This document shows positions 1 to 8,331 of a DNA stretch of 64,000 bases, one piece after another. A program made the translations under genes and the position numbers. How positions within the stretch are numbered: position 1 is the stretch's first letter; each line of letters starts with the position of its first letter. The notes beneath the pieces were generated by a model. The model searched no databases, had not been told where the DNA came from, and saw only the letters and a program-made list of their open reading frames with translations. The stretch spans positions 616 through 64,615 of the forward strand of contig JAGLZA010000102.1 in assembly GCA_023131835.1 (NCBI GenBank). The letters are read 5' to 3'. This DNA comes from a candidate division WOR-3 bacterium (GTDB taxonomy: Bacteria > Hydrothermota > UBA3072).

Positions 1-1067
1 GGTTCTTCAGCACGGATGAAACCTATACATCCACGCAAATGCCCATGCTTTTTCAAGGTTACAAATACCCCTGATTTTCTCTTCAGTTTTTCTGATTCAA
101 CACTGAATTCCGGAATCTTCTTATTCTTCAGATATTCATTTATTGTTTCCCGTACAATATTAAGAAGGGTTTCTTTCTCGTTATCTGAAAGTTCATAAAC
201 ACCCTCTTCTTCCCTCTTCCCCACCTTTTTATCATTTGTAGTTACAAAAGCCCATGTTCCATAACCCACTATATAGCCACTTCTTTGCCCTGTTATATCA
301 CCAGAATTCGTTCTGTGGAGAAACAAAGCTTTGTTGGCACCAAGTTTTTTTGCAGCAAGCATCATAGTAGCAATGGCCGACGCTCCACAGGCAGCACACT
401 CTCCTTCACTTCTTTTTTGACAATCATATTCCAATAATCCTTCACAGTCCAAATCCTTGATATAATCATTTACTCTATCCGTCACCCTTTTTGTTTCATC
501 ATAATTGTAACCGTGATAGAGATCAGACGAAGCTATTATCACCCAATCATCCCTATCCATCAATTCCGTATAGAGGGCATCGGAAAGGACTCTGCACTTA
601 TTTATATTATCCGTGCTCAACACGATTGGCACAATCTTGAAGTCTTTTAAAACCACCTGGAGAAAAGGAATCTCCACTTCAAGCGAATGTTCTCTTGTGT
701 GTCCCTCGGGAAAATAATCTATAAGGTCACTATGTTTTTTTAGATTGGATGTAAACTCTTCGGCAATTTCAACTTCACCAAGTGGTGTTTTCCAAAAACC
801 TTTATCATAGACAGAGAAACCCTGGATATAAGCATGATGAGAAGGCCCTAGCAGAATCACAAGATTGATATCTTTACCCTCTAAAGCCTTAAAGGCATAA
901 GCGGCTGTCCCGCCAGAGAATGGATAACCCGCATGTGGAACTATGAAGCCTAAAACCCTTTCGTCGATATTCACCCTGGCATTCTCTAAATATTGGTCTA
1001 TCATAGAACGTAACTTCTCAGGTTCCGCAGGATAAAAACTTCCAGCAACAACTGGCTCTCTTTTCAT
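1..1067 (-). CDS. Fused MEMO1-like (AmmeMemoRadiSam system protein B) + AMMECR1-domain protein; the 3' end runs off the window
   Basis: Reverse-strand translation gives MKREPVVAGSFYP...PHAGY (MEMO signature), followed by an AMMECR1-like GVFVTL..HGHLRGCIG motif near the window edge. A GGGAGGAG Shine-Dalgarno sits 6 nt upstream of the ATG at 1067. An alternative upstream ATG at 1139 would add a lipoprotein-like leader MKRIRLVTLIVLIVFSVCC. Confidence 0.7.
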   Translation of the reverse strand, partial: MKREPVVAGSFYPAEPEKLRSMIDQYLENARVNIDERVLGFIVPHAGYPFSGGTAAYAFKALEGKDINLVILLGPSHHAYIQGFSVYDKGFWKTPLGEVEIAEEFTSNLKKHSDLIDYFPEGHTREHSLEVEIPFLQVVLKDFKIVPIVLSTDNINKCRVLSDALYTELMDRDDWVIIASSDLYHGYNYDETKRVTDRVNDYIKDLDCEGLLEYDCQKRSEGECAACGASAIATMMLAAKKLGANKALFLHRTNSGDITGQRSGYIVGYGTWAFVTTNDKKVGKREEEGVYELSDNEKETLLNIVRETINEYLKNKKIPEFSVESEKLKRKSGVFVTLKKHGHLRGCIGFIRAEE

Positions 1068-1157
1068 TTCTCCTCCCTGTTTACAACAAACAGAAAAAAC
1101 AATCAGGACAATAAGTGTAACCAACCTTATTCGCTTCATATTATTTCACCAAATATA

Positions 1158-1247
1158 CGGAGAGGCAGGGATTCGAACCCTGGGAGGAGCGGGTAGCCCC
1201 TCAACCGATTAGCAATCGGTTGCCTTCGACCGCTCGGCCACCTCTCC
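1158..1247 (-). tRNA. tRNA-Ser (anticodon GCT), class II with long variable arm
   Basis: Reverse complement reads GGAGAGGTGGCCGAGCGGT...anticodon loop TTGCTAA...GGTTCGAATCCC...CCTCTCC with a 7-bp acceptor stem. Confidence 0.8.
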
Positions 1248-1249
1248 AA

Positions 1250-1332
1250 CGGAGGGTGAGGGATTCGAACCCCCAAGGGCTCATCGCCCGGCGGATTTCA
1301 AATCCGCTGCCTTACCGTTAGACTAACCCTCC
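1250..1332 (-). tRNA. tRNA-Ser (anticodon TGA), long variable arm
   Basis: Reverse complement reads GGAGGGTTAGTC...anticodon stem-loop GCGGA-TTTGAAA-TCCGC...GGGCGATGAGCCC variable arm...GGTTCGAATCCCTCACCCTCC. Confidence 0.7.
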
Positions 1333-1379
1333 GGCATTAAGATATTACTATGCTCCATCTAAATGTCAAGTCCCACACC

Positions 1380-2110
1380 ATCCCAATTATTAACCGCAGA
1401 TGAACGCAGATAAACGCAGAACCCACCCACCCCTTAAATTTGTAATTCGAGAGAAGAAAAGCATACGACCCTGCTGCCACTCCAGATAATTGTAGGAACG
1501 ACTTACACCAGTCGCGATAATGGAGTAGAGGCAATTCATGAATTGCCTCTACAAGTTTCGCGCAAGGGGAAATCGCAAAAGTAGGGGCGTTCAATTGAAC
1601 GCCCCTACAAAACAAAATTCTCTTTGCGGGCTTTATATTCCTTTGCGAACTTTGCGAGAAATCTTAAATCAATTCAATCAGTGGAAATCTGTGTCAAGAA
1701 AAAGGGTTTGGGTTCTGGGTGGGATTTTCGACTGATGACTCTTGGGCAACAGCCCCTCTTGACTCAGGCTCTATTTCAATCAGTGAGAATTAGAGCCTAA
1801 ATAGGATTTAGGGGTTGGGGATTGGGTTTTAGTTTTGCACGAATAAATTCGTGGCTACAACTTTTAGGTAACAAAAGATTTTTTCTTAAACCGTGCAGAA
1901 ACCGTGGCTAAAAAGGGGATGGTGGGGGACTTTCGACTGATGACTCTTGACTCACGACTCTATCTAAATCAGTGTGAATCTGTGGCAAAAAAAGGTTGGA
2001 GGGTCGTGTGTTCTTCTCTGAATCACAAAAAATTAAGGGGTGGTGAGGGGCTTTGTGTTCTCTGTGTACTCTGTGGTGAATATTCTTGGGAGAGGTAGGG
2101 TATTTTGCAC
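1380..2110. repeat. Composite intergenic repeat block (locus A): CGCAGATRAACGCAG motif, GTAGG-anchored REP-like hairpins, G-rich telomere-like heptads, ~100-bp periodic AATCAGTG.GAAT units, CTCTGTGGTTAAAAA motif
   Basis: Several modules recur at 11265-11545, 21120-21447, 32600-32670, 50690-50790, 59340-60060 and 63190-63345. There is no credible ORF; the six-frame ORFs here are short and overlap the repeats. Confidence 0.8.
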
Positions 2111-2180
2111 TTTGCAATCTTCATTTTACAATTATTTATACCCCCTTGACACTTTGCCTATATTTTGATAGTTTACTTTC

Positions 2181-2420
2181 ATGGAATTCGAAAAGAAACT
2201 TCAACGACTTGAGGAGATTGTTGAAAAAATGGAGAAAGGTGAACTCCCTTTAGATAAAACACTTAAATTCTTTGAAGAAGGGATGAAACTCCTCGACGAA
2301 TTGAAGAAATACCTCTCCAAAGCAGAAATCAGGATACAGGGATTGATTAAAGAGGGAGGAGAAAAATTAAAAACAGATGAATATAGAGAGTTATCTGGCG
2401 AATTGGAAGAACAGGATTGA
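2181..2420 (+). CDS. xseB: Exodeoxyribonuclease VII small subunit
   Basis: 79 aa, MEFEKKLQRLEEIVEKMEKGELPLDKTLKFFEEGMKLL is typical of XseB. Classical xseB-ispA-dxs synteny. TTGACA-17-TAGTTT promoter-like hexamers at 2146-2174 end about 7 nt before the ATG, so the transcript may be leaderless. Confidence 0.85.
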   Translation: MEFEKKLQRLEEIVEKMEKGELPLDKTLKFFEEGMKLLDELKKYLSKAEIRIQGLIKEGGEKLKTDEYRELSGELEEQD

Positions 2421-3252
2421 TGAGAAGTTAGACGAATATCTTCCTTCTCCAGAAACCTATCCGGAGACCCTGAGCAGGGCAATGCGATATACTGTGCTTG
2501 CCGGCGGTAAGAGGATCAGGCCCATCCTTCTTATCACAACATATCAACTCTGCGGAGGGAAGAATGTAGATGAAATCTTTCCTGTTGCCTGTGCGCTCGA
2601 ATTCATCCATTCATATTCACTCATCCATGATGATCTTCCATCCATTGATAATGATGACTACAGAAGGGGGCTCCTTAGTTCTCACAAGAAATTCGGAGAG
2701 GATATAGCAATACTTGCAGGTGATGCCCTCTTTTCCCATGCTTTCTATACCATAGCAGAATCATATATTGCCCCTAAAAAGAAGGATGAGATTCTAAAAA
2801 CACTTACTTTTGCCATAGGTAATAAAGGCATCATTGGAGGACAGATTAAGGATGTTGAGACAGATCCAACCAAAAGAAATCCAAAACTGCTTAGATATAT
2901 TCACTCCCATAAGACAGCCATTTTCTTCTCCGCAGCTTGTGAAATGGGTGGTATATTGGCAGAAGTAGATTCTAATATAATTACTCATCTCAGGAAGGGA
3001 GGACTCTTTATGGGAATGGCTTTCCAGATTATAGACGATGTTATCGATGTGGAAGGGGTTATGGAAGAGGCAGGAAAAGACATAAATTCTGATGAGAACA
3101 AATTGACTTATCCTTCAATATATGGAGTAGGGCATTCCAAGGAAATAGCTAAAAGATACACCCAGATTTCAATGAAGCATTTAAAAAATATAAACAATGA
3201 AAGTGATCTCCTTGAGGGAATCATTCTTTTCCTATTAAGAAGGATGAAGTAA
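2377..3252 (+). CDS. ispA: Polyprenyl (farnesyl/geranylgeranyl) diphosphate synthase
   Basis: Two Asp-rich motifs, LIHDDLPSIDNDDYRRG and FQIIDDVID. Overlaps the xseB 3' end by 44 nt. Confidence 0.85.
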   Translation: MNIESYLANWKNRIDEKLDEYLPSPETYPETLSRAMRYTVLAGGKRIRPILLITTYQLCGGKNVDEIFPVACALEFIHSYSLIHDDLPSIDNDDYRRGLLSSHKKFGEDIAILAGDALFSHAFYTIAESYIAPKKKDEILKTLTFAIGNKGIIGGQIKDVETDPTKRNPKLLRYIHSHKTAIFFSAACEMGGILAEVDSNIITHLRKGGLFMGMAFQIIDDVIDVEGVMEEAGKDINSDENKLTYPSIYGVGHSKEIAKRYTQISMKHLKNINNESDLLEGIILFLLRRMK

Positions 3253-3253
3253 A

Positions 3254-3691
3254 ATGGGATGGAAGGAATGGAACCTTATACTGATTCCTTACTTCAGTGG
3301 AATGTCATGTCAGGTGATAAAATTCATAATTTTTTGTATAAAAGAAAGGAAAATAAATTTTCATCGATTGGTTGAAATGGGTGGAATGCCCAGTGCGCAT
3401 TCCGCATCCACCGTAACGCTTACAACCTTGATGGCTCTATACAAAGGTATGGATTCTCCTTTCTTTGTGATTACCCTTTTTGTTTCTATATTTATAATGG
3501 GTGAAGCTGCAGGAGTAAGGAGGGCTACTGGCATACAGGCATTAGTGCTCAACCAGTTAGTAGAAGAATTTTCCAAGCATAGAAGAATCTCCGTCAATAA
3601 GATAAAAGTCCTTATAGGACACACTCCTGTTGAGGTTATATTAGGATCGATCTATGGTTTCTTCTTCGCGTTTGCTTTCCCAGGAGGATAA
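3254..3691 (+). CDS. Divergent PAP2/DUF212 family membrane protein
   Basis: GGMPSAHSA motif and multiple transmembrane segments. Confidence 0.6.
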   Translation: MGWKEWNLILIPYFSGMSCQVIKFIIFCIKERKINFHRLVEMGGMPSAHSASTVTLTTLMALYKGMDSPFFVITLFVSIFIMGEAAGVRRATGIQALVLNQLVEEFSKHRRISVNKIKVLIGHTPVEVILGSIYGFFFAFAFPGG

Positions 3692-5554
3692 ATGATACTG
3701 AAAAAAATAAAATCACCAGAGGATATTGATAGACTTTCCTTTAAAGAATTATCTATATTGGCCTCCGAAATGAGGAATAGAATAATTGAGGTTGCCTCGA
3801 AGCGCGGAGGACATGTCGCTCCAAGTTTAGGAGTGGTAGAACTAACAATTGCACTCCTTAAGGTATTCAAACCTCCGGTTGATAAAATTATCTGGGATGT
3901 ATCGCATCAATCTTATGGATATAAATTGTTAACAGGAAGGAATGATAGTTTTGATACGCTCCGACAGTTTGGTGGGATAAGTGGTTTCCTCTCACGTTCG
4001 GAGAGCATATATGATGCCTTCGGAGCAGGGCATGCAAGCACCTCACTTTCAGCAGCCATTGGGTTTGCCATAGCAAGGGATTTAAGAGGGGATGATTATG
4101 ATGTAATAGCTGTCATTGGTGATGGTGCCCTTACCGGAGGAATGGCTATGGAGGGATTGAATCAGATAGGCTATCATAATAATAATATCCTTGTAATCCT
4201 GAATGACAACAAGATGTCTATCGCAGAGAATGTAGGAGGAATGCGCGAATATCTTACCCGTTTACAATCAGCTGAGATCTATAATAAGATTATGGAAGAT
4301 GCGTGGGACCTTTTAGAAAAACTCCCGAAGGGTCTCAGCACAAAGGCAAAGAATTCTGCCAGAAAATTGAGCGAAGGGCTCAAGAATCTCATCGTTCCAA
4401 ATATCATCTTTGAAGAATTTGGTCTTTCCTATTATGGACCAATAGATGGACATAATATCCCTGAACTGATAACCCTTCTTTCGAAGATAAAAAAGATAAA
4501 AGGGGCTAAACTCCTTCATATTATAACAGAAAAGGGAAGGGGATACAAGCCAGCAGAGGAAGAACCAACCCTATTCCATGGGCTCGGGCCATTTGACCCA
4601 GAAAGTGGAAAACCAATTAAGAAAAAAGGACAAAAAAACTATTCGGATATTTTCGGAGAAATCATCGTAGAGGAAGCCAGAGAAAACGAAGATATTATTG
4701 CAATAACTGCTGCTATGCCAAACGGAACAGGTCTTGTCAATTTCTCAAAGGAGTTCCCAAATCGGTTTTATGATGTTGGTATAGCTGAGCAGCACGCTGT
4801 AACCTTTGCAGGAGGTCTTGCAGCAGGGGGTATGCGTCCGGTATGTGCAATCTATTCCACCTTTCTCCAGAGGGCTTTCGATCAGATAATACATGATATA
4901 GCACTCCAGAGGTTACCAGTTATATTCTGTATTGATCGGGGTGGACTCGTAGGAGAGGATGGTGCAACCCATCACGGTGCATTTGACTTAAGCTACCTTA
5001 GAATGATTCCAAATATGGTCATTATGACTCCAAGGGATGAATTGGAATTCAAAAGGATGTTTAAAACAGCCCTTGATTATGAAGATGGGCCTATTGCTAT
5101 AAGATATCCCAGGGGGCAAGTAGAAGGAGTAGAATCTCTGGATAGGATTACCTCTATCCCCATTGGAAAAGGAGAGATGCTACACAAAGGAGATAACCCT
5201 CTTGTTCTTGTTGTTGGTCCATTGGTCTACAGGGTTCTTAAAATAGCAAAGGAATCTGATGATATCAATCCAACCATTATAGATGCAAGATTCATAAAAC
5301 CCCTTGATGAGGAGCTCATACTAAAACTTGCAAGGAAAAGCGATAAGATAATAACAGTGGAAGATAATGCGATTGCAGGTGGATTCGGAAGTGCGGTAAT
5401 GGAACTCTTAAGCGATAATGGATTAAAAAGGGATATCTTCAGGATTGGTATACCTGATCGTTTTATAACTTATGGTAATCAATTGAGATTACACGAATCA
5501 ATAGGAATGGGAGAAGAGACGCTTAAGGAACGGATGAAGGAGTTTACCAAATGA
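3692..5554 (+). CDS. dxs: 1-deoxy-D-xylulose-5-phosphate synthase
   Basis: 620 aa, with the TPP-binding GDGALTGGMAMEGLN and a transketolase-like C-terminus. Follows ispA in the classical arrangement. Confidence 0.9.
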   Translation: MILKKIKSPEDIDRLSFKELSILASEMRNRIIEVASKRGGHVAPSLGVVELTIALLKVFKPPVDKIIWDVSHQSYGYKLLTGRNDSFDTLRQFGGISGFLSRSESIYDAFGAGHASTSLSAAIGFAIARDLRGDDYDVIAVIGDGALTGGMAMEGLNQIGYHNNNILVILNDNKMSIAENVGGMREYLTRLQSAEIYNKIMEDAWDLLEKLPKGLSTKAKNSARKLSEGLKNLIVPNIIFEEFGLSYYGPIDGHNIPELITLLSKIKKIKGAKLLHIITEKGRGYKPAEEEPTLFHGLGPFDPESGKPIKKKGQKNYSDIFGEIIVEEARENEDIIAITAAMPNGTGLVNFSKEFPNRFYDVGIAEQHAVTFAGGLAAGGMRPVCAIYSTFLQRAFDQIIHDIALQRLPVIFCIDRGGLVGEDGATHHGAFDLSYLRMIPNMVIMTPRDELEFKRMFKTALDYEDGPIAIRYPRGQVEGVESLDRITSIPIGKGEMLHKGDNPLVLVVGPLVYRVLKIAKESDDINPTIIDARFIKPLDEELILKLARKSDKIITVEDNAIAGGFGSAVMELLSDNGLKRDIFRIGIPDRFITYGNQLRLHESIGMGEETLKERMKEFTK

Positions 5555-6357
5555 ATGAACGCACATTAAAAGAAAGACTAAAATTTTCAGGTATTGGTGT
5601 TCATACTGGTATGTCTTCTACAATCCTCCTGCATCCTGAGGAAGAAGGAGGAATAAGGTTCTTAAAGGACGGAACTGTTATACCCGCAACCATTGACTCG
5701 GTAGTGGAAACAGAGAGAGGAGTCGTTCTATCCCGAGATGAAAAGCAGATCGCTACAGTAGAACATCTCCTTTCCGCTCTATATGGTTGTAAGATTGATC
5801 ACCTTACAATAGAGGTGATAGGTAAAGAGATACCTGCAATGGATGGGAGTGCATATCCTTTTGTCAAGGCAATGGAGGAGATTGGTTTTTCTTCCCTTGA
5901 TAGAAAAAAGAGAAAAACAAAACTTCAAAAGACTTATACAATAGAAGAGAAAGGTTGCTTTGCTTATGCCAGACCGTCTGAGGAACTTGAGATTCACTAT
6001 ATTATTTCATACGACCATCCCTTACTTTCTTATCAGGAATATTGCTATAATGGACGATCTGATTTTACCGGGGAATTAGCACCAGCAAGAACCTATGGTC
6101 TTCTATCATGGAAAGAAAAACTGAAAGCTATGGGTTATGCACTATCAGCATCCACTGATAATACACTGATTTATGATAAAGAGGGAGTTGTAAATAAGCC
6201 ACGTTTTCCAGATGAAGCAGTAAGACACAAGGTGTCCGACTTTCTTGGTGATCTTTACCTTTTGCAACCTCTCCCTGTTGGATATTATATAATTGTTCGC
6301 GGTGGTCATTATTTACATATTGAACTATTAAAAAAGATAAAAAGGAGTGAATATTGA
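5551..6357 (+). CDS. lpxC: UDP-3-O-acyl-N-acetylglucosamine deacetylase
   Basis: MNERTLKERLKFSGIGVHTGM... is an LpxC N-terminus, followed immediately by fabZ and lpxA. Confidence 0.8.
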   Translation: MNERTLKERLKFSGIGVHTGMSSTILLHPEEEGGIRFLKDGTVIPATIDSVVETERGVVLSRDEKQIATVEHLLSALYGCKIDHLTIEVIGKEIPAMDGSAYPFVKAMEEIGFSSLDRKKRKTKLQKTYTIEEKGCFAYARPSEELEIHYIISYDHPLLSYQEYCYNGRSDFTGELAPARTYGLLSWKEKLKAMGYALSASTDNTLIYDKEGVVNKPRFPDEAVRHKVSDFLGDLYLLQPLPVGYYIIVRGGHYLHIELLKKIKRSEY

Positions 6358-6797
6358 AGAATTTTAACATAGAACAGATATTGGACATTATGCCTCATCG
6401 CTATCCATTTTTATTAATAGACCGCATAGAATCTCTGGATGATAATGAGGTTGTTGGGATAAAGAATGTTACCTATAATGAACCATTCTTTATGGGACAT
6501 TTCCCGGGTGAGCCTATAATGCCTGGGGTTCTGATTGTTGAATCTATGGTTCAGACAGGAGGATTCCTCATTCTTAAGAAACTTGGCGATCCCAAAAAGA
6601 AGGTGGTTTATTTCAGCGCTATTAATAAAGTGAGATTCAGAAAGCCTGTCAGACCGGGTGATGTTCTAAAACACAAGGTCCAACTGACAAGTTTTAGATC
6701 TAACTTTTTTAAGTTAAAGAGTAAGTCTTTTGTCGAAGATACCCTTGTAGCTGAAGGTGAATTCACAGCCGTTGTGGCTGATAGAAAGGAAATATAA
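6354..6797 (+). CDS. fabZ: 3-hydroxyacyl-ACP dehydratase
   Basis: PHRYPFLLIDRI and FFMGHFPGEPIMPGVL hot-dog motifs. TTG start with an AAAGGAG SD. Confidence 0.85.
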   Translation: MKNFNIEQILDIMPHRYPFLLIDRIESLDDNEVVGIKNVTYNEPFFMGHFPGEPIMPGVLIVESMVQTGGFLILKKLGDPKKKVVYFSAINKVRFRKPVRPGDVLKHKVQLTSFRSNFFKLKSKSFVEDTLVAEGEFTAVVADRKEI

Positions 6798-6798
6798 G

Positions 6799-7560
6799 AT
6801 GGAGTTTGTACATCCTGAAGCCGAATTGGCTTCTGATGTCTCTATAGGAAAGGGATGCATAATAGAAAAGGATGTAAGTATCGGAAGTGGAACCAGGATT
6901 GATACAGGAGTTATCATAAAAGGCGGAGTAATAATCGGTAGAAACAACGAGATCCATCCCTATGCTGTCATCGGTGATACTCCTCAGGATATGTCATATT
7001 CTAAAGACAAAGGTGTGATTCAGATAGGGGACAATAATATAATAAGGGAATTTGTTACGATTCATGGAGCTGTTGGTAAAGATGAACGCACAATGATAGG
7101 CGATCACAACTATATAATGGCATATAGTCATATAGCACATAACTGTAAGGTTGGTAATCATGTATTACTGGTTAACGGTGCAACATTGGGTGGCCTGGTT
7201 GAGGTGCAGGACTATGCCTATATATCAGCTTTTGTTCCTGTTCATCAGTGGGTACGGATAGGAGCCTATTCTATAATAGGTGGAGGGCTCCGAATTACAA
7301 AGGACCTCGTTCCATATGCCCTCGCAGGAGGTTCGCCCCTCAGGGTAGTATCCCCTAACTTTATTGGTCTCAGAAGGAACGGATTCTCAAAAGAAAGAAT
7401 TGAGAGAATAAAAGAAGCATTTCGTATTCTCTTCCGTTCAAATCTTAATACAGGACAGGCTCTAAAAAAACTTAAAGAGGAATTCAAAGGGGATGAAGAT
7501 ATAGAGCGGATTATAACATTTATAAAGGGCTCAAGAAGAGGTATCATAAAGGGAGGCTGA
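6799..7560 (+). CDS. lpxA: Acyl-ACP--UDP-GlcNAc O-acyltransferase
   Basis: Left-handed beta-helix hexapeptide repeats. ATG at 6799 with an AAGGAAA SD immediately after the fabZ stop; the ORF-track start at 6757 is probably too long. Confidence 0.8.
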   Translation: MEFVHPEAELASDVSIGKGCIIEKDVSIGSGTRIDTGVIIKGGVIIGRNNEIHPYAVIGDTPQDMSYSKDKGVIQIGDNNIIREFVTIHGAVGKDERTMIGDHNYIMAYSHIAHNCKVGNHVLLVNGATLGGLVEVQDYAYISAFVPVHQWVRIGAYSIIGGGLRITKDLVPYALAGGSPLRVVSPNFIGLRRNGFSKERIERIKEAFRILFRSNLNTGQALKKLKEEFKGDEDIERIITFIKGSRRGIIKGG

Positions 7561-8331
7561 ATGATAAAGGATACAACTGTTTCTAAAGCTATACTAAAAA
7601 GAGGTTTTGCCGAATTGCTAAAAACAATAGACTCTGATGTAGTAATTGCAGGGGCCGGTCCCTCAGGTCTTTCTGCTTCCTATTATCTTGCAAGGGACGG
7701 AGTTAATGTTGTAATATTTGAAAGGGCATTGAAGGTCGGTGGTGGAATGCCTGGTGGCGGTATTGGATTCCCTGTTATAGTTATTCAGGAAGATGGGTTG
7801 GAGATCATAAATGAGTTTGGGATATCATACGAGGAATTTGAAAAAGGATACTATACAGCAAACTCTATAGAATGCACGGCAAAATTGGTAGCAGGAGCAA
7901 TTGATAACCATGTTAGAATAATCAATCTTACCACTGTTGAAGATATAATGGTGAAGGAGGGCAAAACTAATGGGGTAGTAATCAACAGGACGGCTATCGA
8001 ACTTGCAAAACTGCATGTGGATCCAATAAGCGTCCGTGCACGATTTACAATCGATGCAACCGGACATGCTACCGAGTTGGCAAAAACCCTTCTAAAGAGA
8101 AAGGGGATAAGACTTACTACTCCCTCCGGAGGAATTGAGGGCGAAGGACCTATGTGGGCAGAAAGGGGAGAGAAGGATATCCTTTTAAATACAAAGGAGA
8201 TATTCCCAAACCTTTATGTTACAGGTATGGCAGCCAATGCGGTATTTGGTTCGCCGAGGATGGGTCCCATATTTGGTGGTATGCTTCTTTCAGGAAAAAA
8301 GGTTGCGGAGCTGATAAAAGAAAGGTTATGA
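7561..8331 (+). CDS. thi4: Thi4-family thiazole synthase-like flavoprotein
   Basis: VVIAGAGPSGLSASYYLARDGVNVVIFERALKVGGGMPGGG is typical of Thi4/THI1. Confidence 0.7.
   Translation: MIKDTTVSKAILKRGFAELLKTIDSDVVIAGAGPSGLSASYYLARDGVNVVIFERALKVGGGMPGGGIGFPVIVIQEDGLEIINEFGISYEEFEKGYYTANSIECTAKLVAGAIDNHVRIINLTTVEDIMVKEGKTNGVVINRTAIELAKLHVDPISVRARFTIDATGHATELAKTLLKRKGIRLTTPSGGIEGEGPMWAERGEKDILLNTKEIFPNLYVTGMAANAVFGSPRMGPIFGGMLLSGKKVAELIKERL

Noticed and set aside
1250-1332. Possible tRNA-Sec (selenocysteine), given the long variable arm and Hdr/Mvh genes nearby
   Set aside because: The anticodon loop reads TTTGAAA on the tRNA strand, so the anticodon is TGA (Ser) and not TCA. There are no in-frame TGA codons in hdrA or mvhA.
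1337-2117. ORFs 1337..1615(-), 1538..1735(+), 1904..2098(+) and 1908..2117(-)
   Set aside because: They lie entirely within the multi-copy repeat modules, have low-complexity translations, and have no RBS.
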